Shown here: positions 8,988-17,000 of the stretch, one piece after another | Layout of the letters: every line of letters begins with the position of its first letter | Numbering within the stretch: position 1 is the stretch's first letter | Source of the DNA: Candidatus Bathyarchaeia archaeon | Lineage (GTDB): Archaea; Thermoproteota; Bathyarchaeia; Bathyarchaeales; Bathycorpusculaceae | Direction: 5' to 3' | Assembly (NCBI GenBank): GCA_050015395.1 | Contig: JBEKBM010000034.1 | Span: 1 to 20,208 of the forward strand | Length of the DNA stretch: 20,208 nt | Made by a program: the position numbers and the translations under genes | The notes under the pieces: model-generated | Database searches by the model: none | What the model saw: only the letters and a program-made list of their open reading frames with translations | What the model was told of the DNA's origin: nothing

Positions 8988-9322
8988 TTACGCTTCGCCG
9001 CCGACGCTTCTCTAAACTCTTTCTCTACATCTTCAGGTTCATATCTGACCCATTCAATGTTGTGTTGTTTAACTAAATCAGCAAACTCCCAAAGTGAAAG
9101 CTTTGCAATTTCTGCTGCTTTAGCGAAAGTTGCTTCCCGTTTCTGCAAAAGGTCTAGGGCAGTTTGTTTTCTCCATTCCATGATGCCTTTTTCAAGAAGA
9201 TTTCTGACCACCGTTGCTTTGTCTAGTTTTTCTTTTTTTATGATTTCAATAATTTCTTTCTCTAACTCAGCGGGAACTCTGACGGCTAATGGTTTAAGTG
9301 TCAACACGACCACCGTATACAA
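8984..9322 (-). CDS. UPF0175/COG2886 family protein (RHH + HTH, putative antitoxin); true start probably near 9304-9307
   Basis: LAVRVP..LEKEI RHH-like start, DKATVVRNLL, TFAKAAEIAKLSLWEF. Canonical partner of DUF3368. Confidence 0.85.
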   Translation of the reverse strand: MYTVVVLTLKPLAVRVPAELEKEIIEIIKKEKLDKATVVRNLLEKGIMEWRKQTALDLLQKREATFAKAAEIAKLSLWEFADLVKQHNIEWVRYEPEDVEKEFREASAAKRK

Positions 9323-9500
9323 TAGGTATCAAATGAATACATAAATCTTGTGCCGACCGTTGAACATTCCAGATTCAGAAAAAAAAGACGCAGGAAAAAA
9401 TCCCAAGTAACGGGATTGAAAAATAACAAGGGTTATCCAACAAGTCTAAAATACTTTTTATCGGTCAATGAAGAAATAGGATAGTCAGGAGTGACAAAGT

Positions 9501-10037
9501 TTGAAGTCTGCGTTAATAATTTACTGGTCAAGCACAGGAAACACCGAAAAAGTAGCTCATGCCATTAGAGAAGGTTTGGAGGCGGCAGGGTTAAAGGTTG
9601 AATTGAAAAAGCCTCAAGACGCTGCAGGAACAGACTTTTTTGATTATGATTTGGTTTGTGTTGGTTCTCCATCAATTGAGTGGCAGCCTGCTAAACCAAT
9701 GGCTGATTTCCTTAAGGGCAAACTGGCTTTTTACCGAAATCAAGGAAAAATTAAGCCGTGCGCCCCTAAAGTAAAAGGCAAAAACGCGCTGGTTTTCTGC
9801 ACTTATTCTGGACCACACACAGGCATAAATGAGGCGACTCCAGCGGGAAAATGCATGAGACAATACTTTGAGCATTTCGGCTTCAACGTGGTCGGTGAAT
9901 GGTACGTGCCGAGCGAGTTTCATGGAAGAGAAGATTTGAGCACTCAGGGTAGGCTCGGAGACATCAGGGGAAAGCCAACAGCCAAGGCTTTGGCGAAAAT
10001 TAAAAAGAACGCGGAACAATTAGCGAATAGTCTGTAA
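9501..10037 (+). CDS. Flavodoxin-like protein
   Basis: YWSSTGNTEKVA FMN loop, VGSPS, FCTYSG. AGGAGTGA RBS before the TTG start. Confidence 0.88.
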   Translation: MKSALIIYWSSTGNTEKVAHAIREGLEAAGLKVELKKPQDAAGTDFFDYDLVCVGSPSIEWQPAKPMADFLKGKLAFYRNQGKIKPCAPKVKGKNALVFCTYSGPHTGINEATPAGKCMRQYFEHFGFNVVGEWYVPSEFHGREDLSTQGRLGDIRGKPTAKALAKIKKNAEQLANSL

Positions 10038-10418
10038 TTGGTGATTAATATGGCTACAACGGTTAATTTGCCCGATAAAATCTATGACGATTTGGCTAAG
10101 GTTGCTGAAGAATTAACTTTTATGGCGAAAAAGCCGATTTCACAATCAATGGCAATAAACCTTCTAATCGAAGTTTACCATGCACACCTCAATAATCGTT
10201 GCGCGCTTGACGCTTTCAGCCAGCAACTAGCCAGCTTAGATATCATGTTACCAGAAGAATTTGACAAGTACTGGGATGAACCAAGAGAGGTTAAACGTAA
10301 GAATAAAACGCAGAGGGTGCGAAAATCAACTATGGATTTGGCTGGTTCAGGCGCTAAATATGCTACGCCTAAAGAGATGAAGAGGGCGTTAGACGAACTT
10401 AGGAAAGAAGATGAATAA
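10038..10418 (+). CDS. Hypothetical protein with RHH/CopG-like N-terminus (likely start ATG 10050)
   Basis: ATTVNLPDKIYDDL...KPISQSMAINLL. Abuts the flavodoxin stop. Confidence 0.65.
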   Translation: MVINMATTVNLPDKIYDDLAKVAEELTFMAKKPISQSMAINLLIEVYHAHLNNRCALDAFSQQLASLDIMLPEEFDKYWDEPREVKRKNKTQRVRKSTMDLAGSGAKYATPKEMKRALDELRKEDE

Positions 10419-10455
10419 TTAACGCTTGTCTGAACTTTAAAGCGATTATAACTGG

Positions 10456-11019
10456 CTAAAGAACGGCTAATGTTCTCTTCGTTATCTCTTCAGCCAGCTT
10501 ATCCCTGTTAGCTAACGTTACTGTGAATGTTTCTGCGTCGTCTCTTTGTTTTGCCTCGTTTATCAGTGGGTCTCTAGCTTTTCCATGCACAACAGCTAAC
10601 ACCACTTTTCTGCTTTCTAATGCTTGCTTTACGGCTTGTGTGAACTTCTGTGAAAAAAGTTCCATGGGACCAATCTCATCAATAGCGATAACGTCGCATT
10701 TTTCTACTGCCTCTACGATGGCGGTTGCGCCTATGTTTTCTAGGTCTTCAAGGTTAACGTGGTACTTGCCGATTTGTGGACCCGTTCTCTGGTTGATGTG
10801 TGCTAGCCAGCCGTGTTTGTTGTCGGTTAAGTCTATGATTTCAAAGCCCACCCGCACGTTGCCTTCTCTTGCTTCACGGCTTATCATGCCGCCGACGTTG
10901 ACACCCTCGGCTTTAAGTGCGTCCACTATCTTAATGAGCACCGTTGTTTTTCCTACGCCTGGGTTGCCAGTTAAAAGCAAAACTCGCTTCTGCAATGCTT
11001 TCGCTCCTTCTATTACCAT
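10456..11019 (-). CDS. Nucleoside-triphosphatase, THEP1/NTPase_1 family
   Basis: LTGNPGVGKTT, GG.ISRE.REGNVRVGF, IAIDEIGPMEL. Confidence 0.93.
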   Translation of the reverse strand: MVIEGAKALQKRVLLLTGNPGVGKTTVLIKIVDALKAEGVNVGGMISREAREGNVRVGFEIIDLTDNKHGWLAHINQRTGPQIGKYHVNLEDLENIGATAIVEAVEKCDVIAIDEIGPMELFSQKFTQAVKQALESRKVVLAVVHGKARDPLINEAKQRDDAETFTVTLANRDKLAEEITKRTLAVL

Positions 11020-11075
11020 AAGTCTAATATGGCGATAAAATTCTTTTCATAGCAACATGCACTGGAGCGACACTA

Positions 11076-12281
11076 ATGGAAGAGTATAAGGCAGATTTCC
11101 CAAGCGAAATAATTAGGGAAGGCAAAGTGCAAGTTTTAGTGCCCAAACTCGAAGCTTACGGAGTGAACCCGTCGGATTACGCGCCCTCTAAAGCTCCAGT
11201 CTTCTACAATCCAGTCATGGAGTTTAACCGTGACTTAACGGTTTTAGCGTTCCAAGCCTACCAACGCATGGTTAACAGGGAAATCTCAATTTGCGACCCC
11301 TTAACCAGCCAAGGAATCCGCGGAGTCCGCTTCGCCGCTGAAATTAGCGGCGTAAAAAAAGTGTTAATCAGCGACATTAACGAGAGAGCATTCAAGCTTG
11401 CAAAGCACAACGTGCAAATCAACGGGCTCGAAAAAATGGTCTCTGTTAAGCATAAGGACGCGAACTGCGTTTTAAGCTGCAATGCCTCGCCTAAGAAAAG
11501 GTTTGACATTGTTGATGTTGACCCGTTTGGCACTCCAGCGCCATACTTAGACTCAGCTCTCCGAGCAATCCGCAACAACGGCTTATTAGCTTCAACAGCA
11601 ACCGACCTGGCGCCGCTGTGTGGAGTGCACGTTAAAGCCTGCATTCGAAAGTACGGCGGCAGACCCTTACGGACGGAGTACTGCCATGAGCTTGCTGTTC
11701 GGCTTTTAGCGGGCTGCACCGCCACCTTAGCGGCGAAGCATGATATCGGAATCCAGGTCGTTTTCAGCCACAGCAGCGAGCATTACATTCGAGTTTACGC
11801 TAAAATTGCATATGGCGCAAAGAAAGCTGATGAAAGCGTAAAAAGCCTCGGGTACATTCTGCACTGTTTCAATTGTTTTCACCGAGAAACCACACACCAA
11901 CCGTTCGGCAGCCTGCAATGCCCTGAATGCGGCTCAAAAATGGATTATGCGGGTCCATTGTGGCTGGGAAGCATCTTCGACCAGAGCTTCATTGAATTAA
12001 TGATAAAAGAAAACAAAACTGTAGCTTTCAGAAACAGCGCTAGAATCACGAAACTTCTAGCTTTAACCAAATACGAAGCCCAAGCGCCCATAACATACTA
12101 CGTTCTTGACAAGTTAAGCGGAAAACTTGGTCTCCCATCACCATCCACCCAAGCCTTCCTCAATGCGCTCCGCAAAAGCGGTTTCCAAGCTGTACAGACC
12201 CACTTTAATGCCAGAGGCATTAGAACCGATGCCCCTGTGATGGCAATGCATAAACTGCTCAAAGAAGCAAGCGTCAGTTAG
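11076..12281 (+). CDS. trm1: tRNA (guanine26-N2)-dimethyltransferase
   Basis: VFYNPVMEFNRD, GIRGVRF, DVDPFGTP, TATDLAPLCG, HE.AVRLL, Zn motif CFNC...CPEC, GPLWLG, THF..GIRTDA. Confidence 0.96.
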   Translation: MEEYKADFPSEIIREGKVQVLVPKLEAYGVNPSDYAPSKAPVFYNPVMEFNRDLTVLAFQAYQRMVNREISICDPLTSQGIRGVRFAAEISGVKKVLISDINERAFKLAKHNVQINGLEKMVSVKHKDANCVLSCNASPKKRFDIVDVDPFGTPAPYLDSALRAIRNNGLLASTATDLAPLCGVHVKACIRKYGGRPLRTEYCHELAVRLLAGCTATLAAKHDIGIQVVFSHSSEHYIRVYAKIAYGAKKADESVKSLGYILHCFNCFHRETTHQPFGSLQCPECGSKMDYAGPLWLGSIFDQSFIELMIKENKTVAFRNSARITKLLALTKYEAQAPITYYVLDKLSGKLGLPSPSTQAFLNALRKSGFQAVQTHFNARGIRTDAPVMAMHKLLKEASVS

Positions 12282-12352
12282 ACAACAATTTGTTTTAGAC
12301 AACAAAAGTTTAAAGAGCAAAACCAGTCCTTAAAGTAACAAAGTGAATAGTC

Positions 12353-13159
12353 ATGAACGATAAAATCACGATAATTGGCACGGGCATGATGGGTGGCGCC
12401 GTAATCAAAAGCCTGCTTAAAGGCGGCTACAAGGGCGAAATAACAGCGGTTGATATTCAACTTGAAAGGCTCAAGGAATTTGAAAATCTCGGCGTAAAAA
12501 CGTCAACAGATAACAAAAAAGCCGCCGGCGACGCAGACATAGTTTTCATTATTGTTAAGCCAGGTGACGTTGAAAAGGTTCTCAAGGAAATCAGCAGGGA
12601 AATCAAGGATAAACTGTTGATTTCTGTAGCCGCTACGGTTCCTTTGAAGTTTCTGAAGAAGAATGCTCCTGACGCAAGGATAGTGCGTATTATGCCTAAT
12701 CTTGGCGCGCTGGTGCAAGCAGCCTACACGGCTTACTGTTGCGAATCAAACGTTAATCAACAAGACAAAGAGAAAGTTAAAATTTTGTTGAACATGATGG
12801 GCATTTGCGATGAAATGGATGAGAAATATATGGATGCAATAACGGCTGTTAGCGGCAGTGGACCTGGTTACTTGTCGATTATCATTGAGGCTATGACTTA
12901 TGCGGGATTAAAGGTTGGGTTACCGCGTAACATAGCGTTAACCTGTGCAGCCCAAACTGTTATGGGCGCAGGCAAACTTGTTATTGACTTGCATGAGGAA
13001 CCATCAAAAATTAAGGATATGACGACAACTCCAGGCGGCACAACCATCGAAGCCATATACCAGATTGAACAAAGCCAAATTAGGCCAGCAATGATACGTG
13101 CAATCGAAGAAGCCACGAAGAAAAGCCAAGCCATAAGGGAAAAACTAAACTTAAACTAG
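12353..13159 (+). CDS. proC: Pyrroline-5-carboxylate reductase
   Basis: GTGMMG, VKP, RIMPN, TAVSGSGPGY, TTPGGTT. Confidence 0.96.
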   Translation: MNDKITIIGTGMMGGAVIKSLLKGGYKGEITAVDIQLERLKEFENLGVKTSTDNKKAAGDADIVFIIVKPGDVEKVLKEISREIKDKLLISVAATVPLKFLKKNAPDARIVRIMPNLGALVQAAYTAYCCESNVNQQDKEKVKILLNMMGICDEMDEKYMDAITAVSGSGPGYLSIIIEAMTYAGLKVGLPRNIALTCAAQTVMGAGKLVIDLHEEPSKIKDMTTTPGGTTIEAIYQIEQSQIRPAMIRAIEEATKKSQAIREKLNLN

Positions 13160-13169
13160 CAGACCAGCC

Positions 13170-13826
13170 ATGTTTGAAGCGGTTATTTTTGACTGGGACG
13201 GAACCCTAGCTGACACGCGGCAAGTAATCGTTATCTCATTTCAAAAAGCCCTAAGCGAAATAAACTGCAAAGTTAGCAACGAGTACATTGAACGCCGTAT
13301 CGGAATTGGTGCAGCAGACACTTTCCGCGACTTGTTGCGGTCAGCTAAAATGCAGTTTGACGAAAAATTGATCCAGCACTTAGTTGAGCGCAAGAGTCAG
13401 CTTGAAATCGAGCTAACAAACCAAGTGGGATTGTTTTCGGGCGCCGAGGAACTTCTTGAAGCGTTACATGGCAAAGTGAAAATGGGTTTGGCATCAATGA
13501 ATAACCGCTCAGTAGTCATCCACTTGCTCAAAGCAAAAGACCTGAAAAAATACTTTGACGCGGTTCTTACGGCTGAGTCAATTTCACATTCGAAACCAGA
13601 CCCAGAAATTTTTCTAAAAACCGCTTCTAACCTGAAAACAAGCCCTGAAAAATGCGTAGTTATCGAGGATTCGATTTTCGGTGTCAAAGCCGCTAAATCA
13701 GCAAACATGGGCTGTATTGCGGTTCTAACAGGTGTTTATTCTAAGGTGGAACTTGAAAAGGAAAAGCCTGATTTGACCGTTAAAACGTTAAAAGATAAGC
13801 AAATCATTCCTTTTATTCTGCAGTAA
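13170..13826 (+). CDS. HAD-superfamily phosphatase (beta-PGM/CbbY-like)
   Basis: FDWDGTLAD, KPDPEIF, IEDSIFGVKAAKSANM. Confidence 0.92.
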   Translation: MFEAVIFDWDGTLADTRQVIVISFQKALSEINCKVSNEYIERRIGIGAADTFRDLLRSAKMQFDEKLIQHLVERKSQLEIELTNQVGLFSGAEELLEALHGKVKMGLASMNNRSVVIHLLKAKDLKKYFDAVLTAESISHSKPDPEIFLKTASNLKTSPEKCVVIEDSIFGVKAAKSANMGCIAVLTGVYSKVELEKEKPDLTVKTLKDKQIIPFILQ

Positions 13827-13870
13827 TATAACCTTGTGGTTCCTCTTTTCTGGAGCAAGATTTATACTTT

Positions 13871-15214
13871 TTATTCATTGTTTCTCGACCCGAATTCTTC
13901 AATCATTTGTCGTTTTAGAGCAGCGTGTAACTGGTGAAGTTGGCTATTCTCTATTTGTTCCTGATCGATAATTGTCGCATTAGACTTACTTAAGGCATCT
14001 TTTGTCAAGGTTTCTTCTGGGTTAAGACCCCAAGCACGCATGATTTCTTTGAGAGCGTCAATTTTGTTGACTCGTGTTTTCGGTCTTATGCATAGGCCAG
14101 AAGCTACGTATATCCCGCGTAAGAATTCAGTACCCTTCATTTGAATGTCATCGTAGGTGCTGACTGTGTGACCCATCATATATTCAATGTAATCATCCTG
14201 AACCTTCAATGCGGTTAATACAGTCTTGAAATATTTGCGGATACTATGAGCGCAGAGGTCATATCGTCTTCCTATTAATGAATCAGCAGAAATAAGCCCT
14301 GTCTTCAAATAGAGTTTATGAACGGCGTTGTAAATGGTAGCTGGCGATGATGGCAAAGGTTTTCGTATTTTAGCCGACCTTATCAAGGGCGATTCATCAT
14401 TGATATTTTCTGGTGGAATTTTGGCTGTACCTTTCCTTCTCATTTGCAGGTAAAGCTTCAGGTATGTAACAGCTTCTTGTCCGAGAAATGTGTCGTAGTC
14501 ATGGTATTTGCCCTTAGTTATTTCAGCTTCAACATGGATATGTAACGGTATCATGTTAGCTTCCAGGTCCTCTTTTACATGGCGATAAAGCAGTTTTGAA
14601 AGCGTTCCTTCTCTGAAGCCGCCGGTAGCAAGCGCCGATGTTATAACTTTTTCACGTAAATCAGCAACATCTAAAATTCTTATCAATTCTTCAGGCGTAG
14701 GTGAACGGATTTTATAGGCAGGTCGATTAGGCAAAGTAGAAGGCAAGTCAAGTCTCAGGCCGTTGCTGCGGAATAACGATTTTACACCTTTAATGAGGGC
14801 TTTTATTGCACCATTTGTTAAGTCATCAGCTTGAAGCTCACCAACATAGTCATCAAGTAATCTGTTATACTTTGCAACAGCTTTAGGATTAGGGTCTCCG
14901 TCCTGGTCTTTGCAGCTTTGAATCATTTGGTCAGGCTGAATATTAACCCAGTTACAAAAACGCCAGATGCCATAACCGTATAAGTAGAGAGTGCCTTTGC
15001 TTCCGCTTCTATACCGTAATAGATATTTAGCCAGTTCCGTCGTAGTCGCATTAGTTGAAATAAAAGGAATCAAAACCTGCATTTTTCCAGTACAACTGTC
15101 GATTATGTACTGCTGAAGCTGCCTTTCTGCCTTTGATTGCGGTGCCAAGAGCATAAATTTTCTTTCGCATTCTTGAGCTAAATGTCGAGTCGAGTTTACA
15201 CTAGATTTCAGCAT
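13871..15214 (-). CDS. Tyrosine recombinase/site-specific integrase
   Basis: Complete catalytic set: GFREGTL (R), ITKGK (K), AHSIRKYF (H-x-x-R), YMMGH (H), STYD (Y). Upstream helical core-binding region. Confidence 0.93.
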   Translation of the reverse strand: MLKSSVNSTRHLAQECERKFMLLAPQSKAERQLQQYIIDSCTGKMQVLIPFISTNATTTELAKYLLRYRSGSKGTLYLYGYGIWRFCNWVNIQPDQMIQSCKDQDGDPNPKAVAKYNRLLDDYVGELQADDLTNGAIKALIKGVKSLFRSNGLRLDLPSTLPNRPAYKIRSPTPEELIRILDVADLREKVITSALATGGFREGTLSKLLYRHVKEDLEANMIPLHIHVEAEITKGKYHDYDTFLGQEAVTYLKLYLQMRRKGTAKIPPENINDESPLIRSAKIRKPLPSSPATIYNAVHKLYLKTGLISADSLIGRRYDLCAHSIRKYFKTVLTALKVQDDYIEYMMGHTVSTYDDIQMKGTEFLRGIYVASGLCIRPKTRVNKIDALKEIMRAWGLNPEETLTKDALSKSNATIIDQEQIENSQLHQLHAALKRQMIEEFGSRNNE

Positions 15215-15794
15215 TGTTTTTTCCTTCCCTTTTGGTTGTTTTGGGCTGAGTTTTTCGCTCCTTTTGGCTTGGAGCGCGAACTCGAATCTTACCTTTGTTT
15301 TGTTGGCAATTTAAATACCATCTTGAATTTTTTTGTAATGGTAGCGCATGCATCTCTAGGATGCAACTTTTAAGAATAACAACGCCATTGACACCGCCAA
15401 GATTGCCTGGAATAGCCCTGTCATGCTCAATAAGCATCAGCTCGTCATTCTGCTTTGTCAGCCAGCCAATAGTCTCGCGCTCTACAGCCTCCGCTACAGG
15501 TTCAAAAATATTTTTGAATAAAACATGGTCCTTATACCTTACGTAAACAAGGATTAGGGGGCTAGCGCCAGCGGCGTTCTCAACCGACTTGCCTACACTT
15601 AAACTGGCTTCATGTCTGCCAAATATGCATGCCGCTTTAGAAGGTGCAAGATCAACCCTTCCCTCCCCAGCTGCTAAACCGCTTTTACTGCCTTTACCAC
15701 GACCATCCAAGGAAGGCCCTGTAATGTAAATCTCAAGAAACCTCCTTTGCAGATTCATACTCATGATGCGACGATGCGAAGAATGGGTAGCCAA
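15201..15794 (-). CDS. Hypothetical MGE protein; conserved-looking core VYVRYKDHVLF...RETIGWL (small beta-barrel-like); start uncertain
   Basis: ORF overlaps the integrase start. The core resembles small proteins of archaeal integrated elements (recognised from memory). The first ~75 aa look low-complexity or non-coding. Confidence 0.6.
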   Translation of the reverse strand: MATHSSHRRIMSMNLQRRFLEIYITGPSLDGRGKGSKSGLAAGEGRVDLAPSKAACIFGRHEASLSVGKSVENAAGASPLILVYVRYKDHVLFKNIFEPVAEAVERETIGWLTKQNDELMLIEHDRAIPGNLGGVNGVVILKSCILEMHALPLQKNSRWYLNCQQNKGKIRVRAPSQKERKTQPKTTKREGKNNAEI

Positions 15795-15906
15795 TAGCGT
15801 TAGTATTACTATTCTGGTTTTTCCGGTCTGAGCGAGAGCATTCTGGGAGTCTGAAGTTGAGGCACATGACGCATTTCTGTTCTGCTCTGTCTATTGCTTT
15901 TAGCAG
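15733..15906 (-). CDS. Small Cys-motif ORF (57 aa, CTG start), putative zinc-binding protein
   Basis: GAGGAGG RBS 7 nt upstream. Translation (M)LKAIDRAEQKCVMCLNFRLPECSRS...AIGYPFFASSHHEYESAKEVS*. Overlaps the stop of the 268-aa gene. Not in the ORF track. Confidence 0.45.
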   Translation of the reverse strand: MLKAIDRAEQKCVMCLNFRLPECSRSDRKNQNSNTNAIGYPFFASSHHEYESAKEVS

Positions 15907-16706
15907 TTGGTTTCCTCCTCTTTGTTATGTGGAATTATGTTTTGCGTTTGTAGAAGTCTAATGAGCGAGATTAGCAGGGCTTCAATTGTTTTTTGGCTTT
16001 GAGCATGGGTCATGGAGCCTTGCTCTATTACTTCAAGTCTCTTCTTGATGTCTGGCAGTCCGAGAAAGCGTTGCATGTCCGGTACTGAGAGTTTGAGTTC
16101 CAACACTCCTTTTTCTGGGGTATCGTCACGAACTAGAACCGCGCCCCATTCCATCTGCAAGAGCAAGTCTTTAGGAAGAAATGTAGGGTCACCAGGTTTG
16201 ACCCCGCCTTCCACAACGTTCACATTTAATGTAGCCTGATTAGTGATGAGCTGGGCAAGATCATTTTTCCAACCATAATTAGTCAGCTGATTAGATAGCC
16301 ATTCCCGCCAACCACTTGAATGAGGCCAGAAAATCAGATGCCCATTAGGGTGTATTTGACAACTACAGGGATCACTTTGTTTAAGCGAACCTATCTGTTT
16401 CATCCCTGTGCGAGAATTAATGACAGGGGCTTTCAAAGTTGTCAATGCACTTGGCGTTACCCACCACTCATAAAAAAGCTTACCGTGAGCGAAAATACGA
16501 CCACTTCGCCCTCGTATAAACTTACTTGGTTTTCTTGCTTGTGATAATACCTTCCACACATAACCGACGCTGGTTCCTATTTTCTGGGCTATCTCAGAAG
16601 CATCTGATTGAGGGTTGTTTGTCCGATATTTAATAATGAATGCTTTCTTGTTGCTTGGCTTACCTTCAGTCGTAGGTAAGTCCTTACCATTCGTGTTATC
16701 GGTCAT
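15900..16706 (-). CDS. HTH-containing hypothetical protein
   Basis: N-terminal HTH NPQSDASEIAQKIGTSVGYVWKVLS, an unknown alpha/beta central domain with RDDTPEKGVLE, and a C-terminal coiled-coil-like helix. Confidence 0.75.
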   Translation of the reverse strand: MTDNTNGKDLPTTEGKPSNKKAFIIKYRTNNPQSDASEIAQKIGTSVGYVWKVLSQARKPSKFIRGRSGRIFAHGKLFYEWWVTPSALTTLKAPVINSRTGMKQIGSLKQSDPCSCQIHPNGHLIFWPHSSGWREWLSNQLTNYGWKNDLAQLITNQATLNVNVVEGGVKPGDPTFLPKDLLLQMEWGAVLVRDDTPEKGVLELKLSVPDMQRFLGLPDIKKRLEVIEQGSMTHAQSQKTIEALLISLIRLLQTQNIIPHNKEEETNC

Positions 16707-16734
16707 TGTTCCTTTTCTCCTGGAAGAAACTGCT

Positions 16735-16905
16735 TCATGCTTGAAACGCGGTTTCCTCTCTATATTTGGATAGAAATTCTGTTAAGGCAACCCTGGCGAC
16801 GTGGCTTATTGATTTGTATCGTTTAGATTTTATGAGGCGTTCAATGTCCTCAGAATCCTTTCTTGAAATTCGTAGGCCGATCATTCGCTCGTATTCAGGT
16901 ATCAA
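16735..16905 (-). CDS. Ribbon-helix-helix (CopG-like) regulator, 56 aa
   Basis: TTG start after an AGGTG RBS. MIPEYERMIGLRISRKDSEDIERLIKSKRYKSISHVARVALTEFLSK... matches the RHH strand-helix-'YxSxSxxxRxAL' pattern. Not in the ORF track. Confidence 0.85.
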   Translation of the reverse strand: MIPEYERMIGLRISRKDSEDIERLIKSKRYKSISHVARVALTEFLSKYREETAFQA

Positions 16906-17000
16906 TCTTTAACACCTGTTAACTTGCGCGTTAACCTTATATATAACGGTAGTCATCGTTCTAAACTGTTAACACCGTTACTAATGGAGATGGTTTAAAA
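16906..17000. promoter_or_regulatory. Divergent promoter/operator region
   Basis: Palindromic TATA TTATATATAA at 16937-16946. GTTAAC at 16918, 16930 and 16968. TTAACACC at 16909 and 16969. Confidence 0.65.

Noticed and set aside
559-13708. Numerous antisense/overlapping ORFs in the track (e.g. 1708-2130, 10523-11038, 11258-11725)
   Set aside because: Shadows of well-supported genes on the other strand or frame, with no motifs.
15545-15555. 11-nt exact match to the CRISPR repeat (AAACAAGGATT)
   Set aside because: Lies inside a CDS, does not extend, and is compatible with chance.
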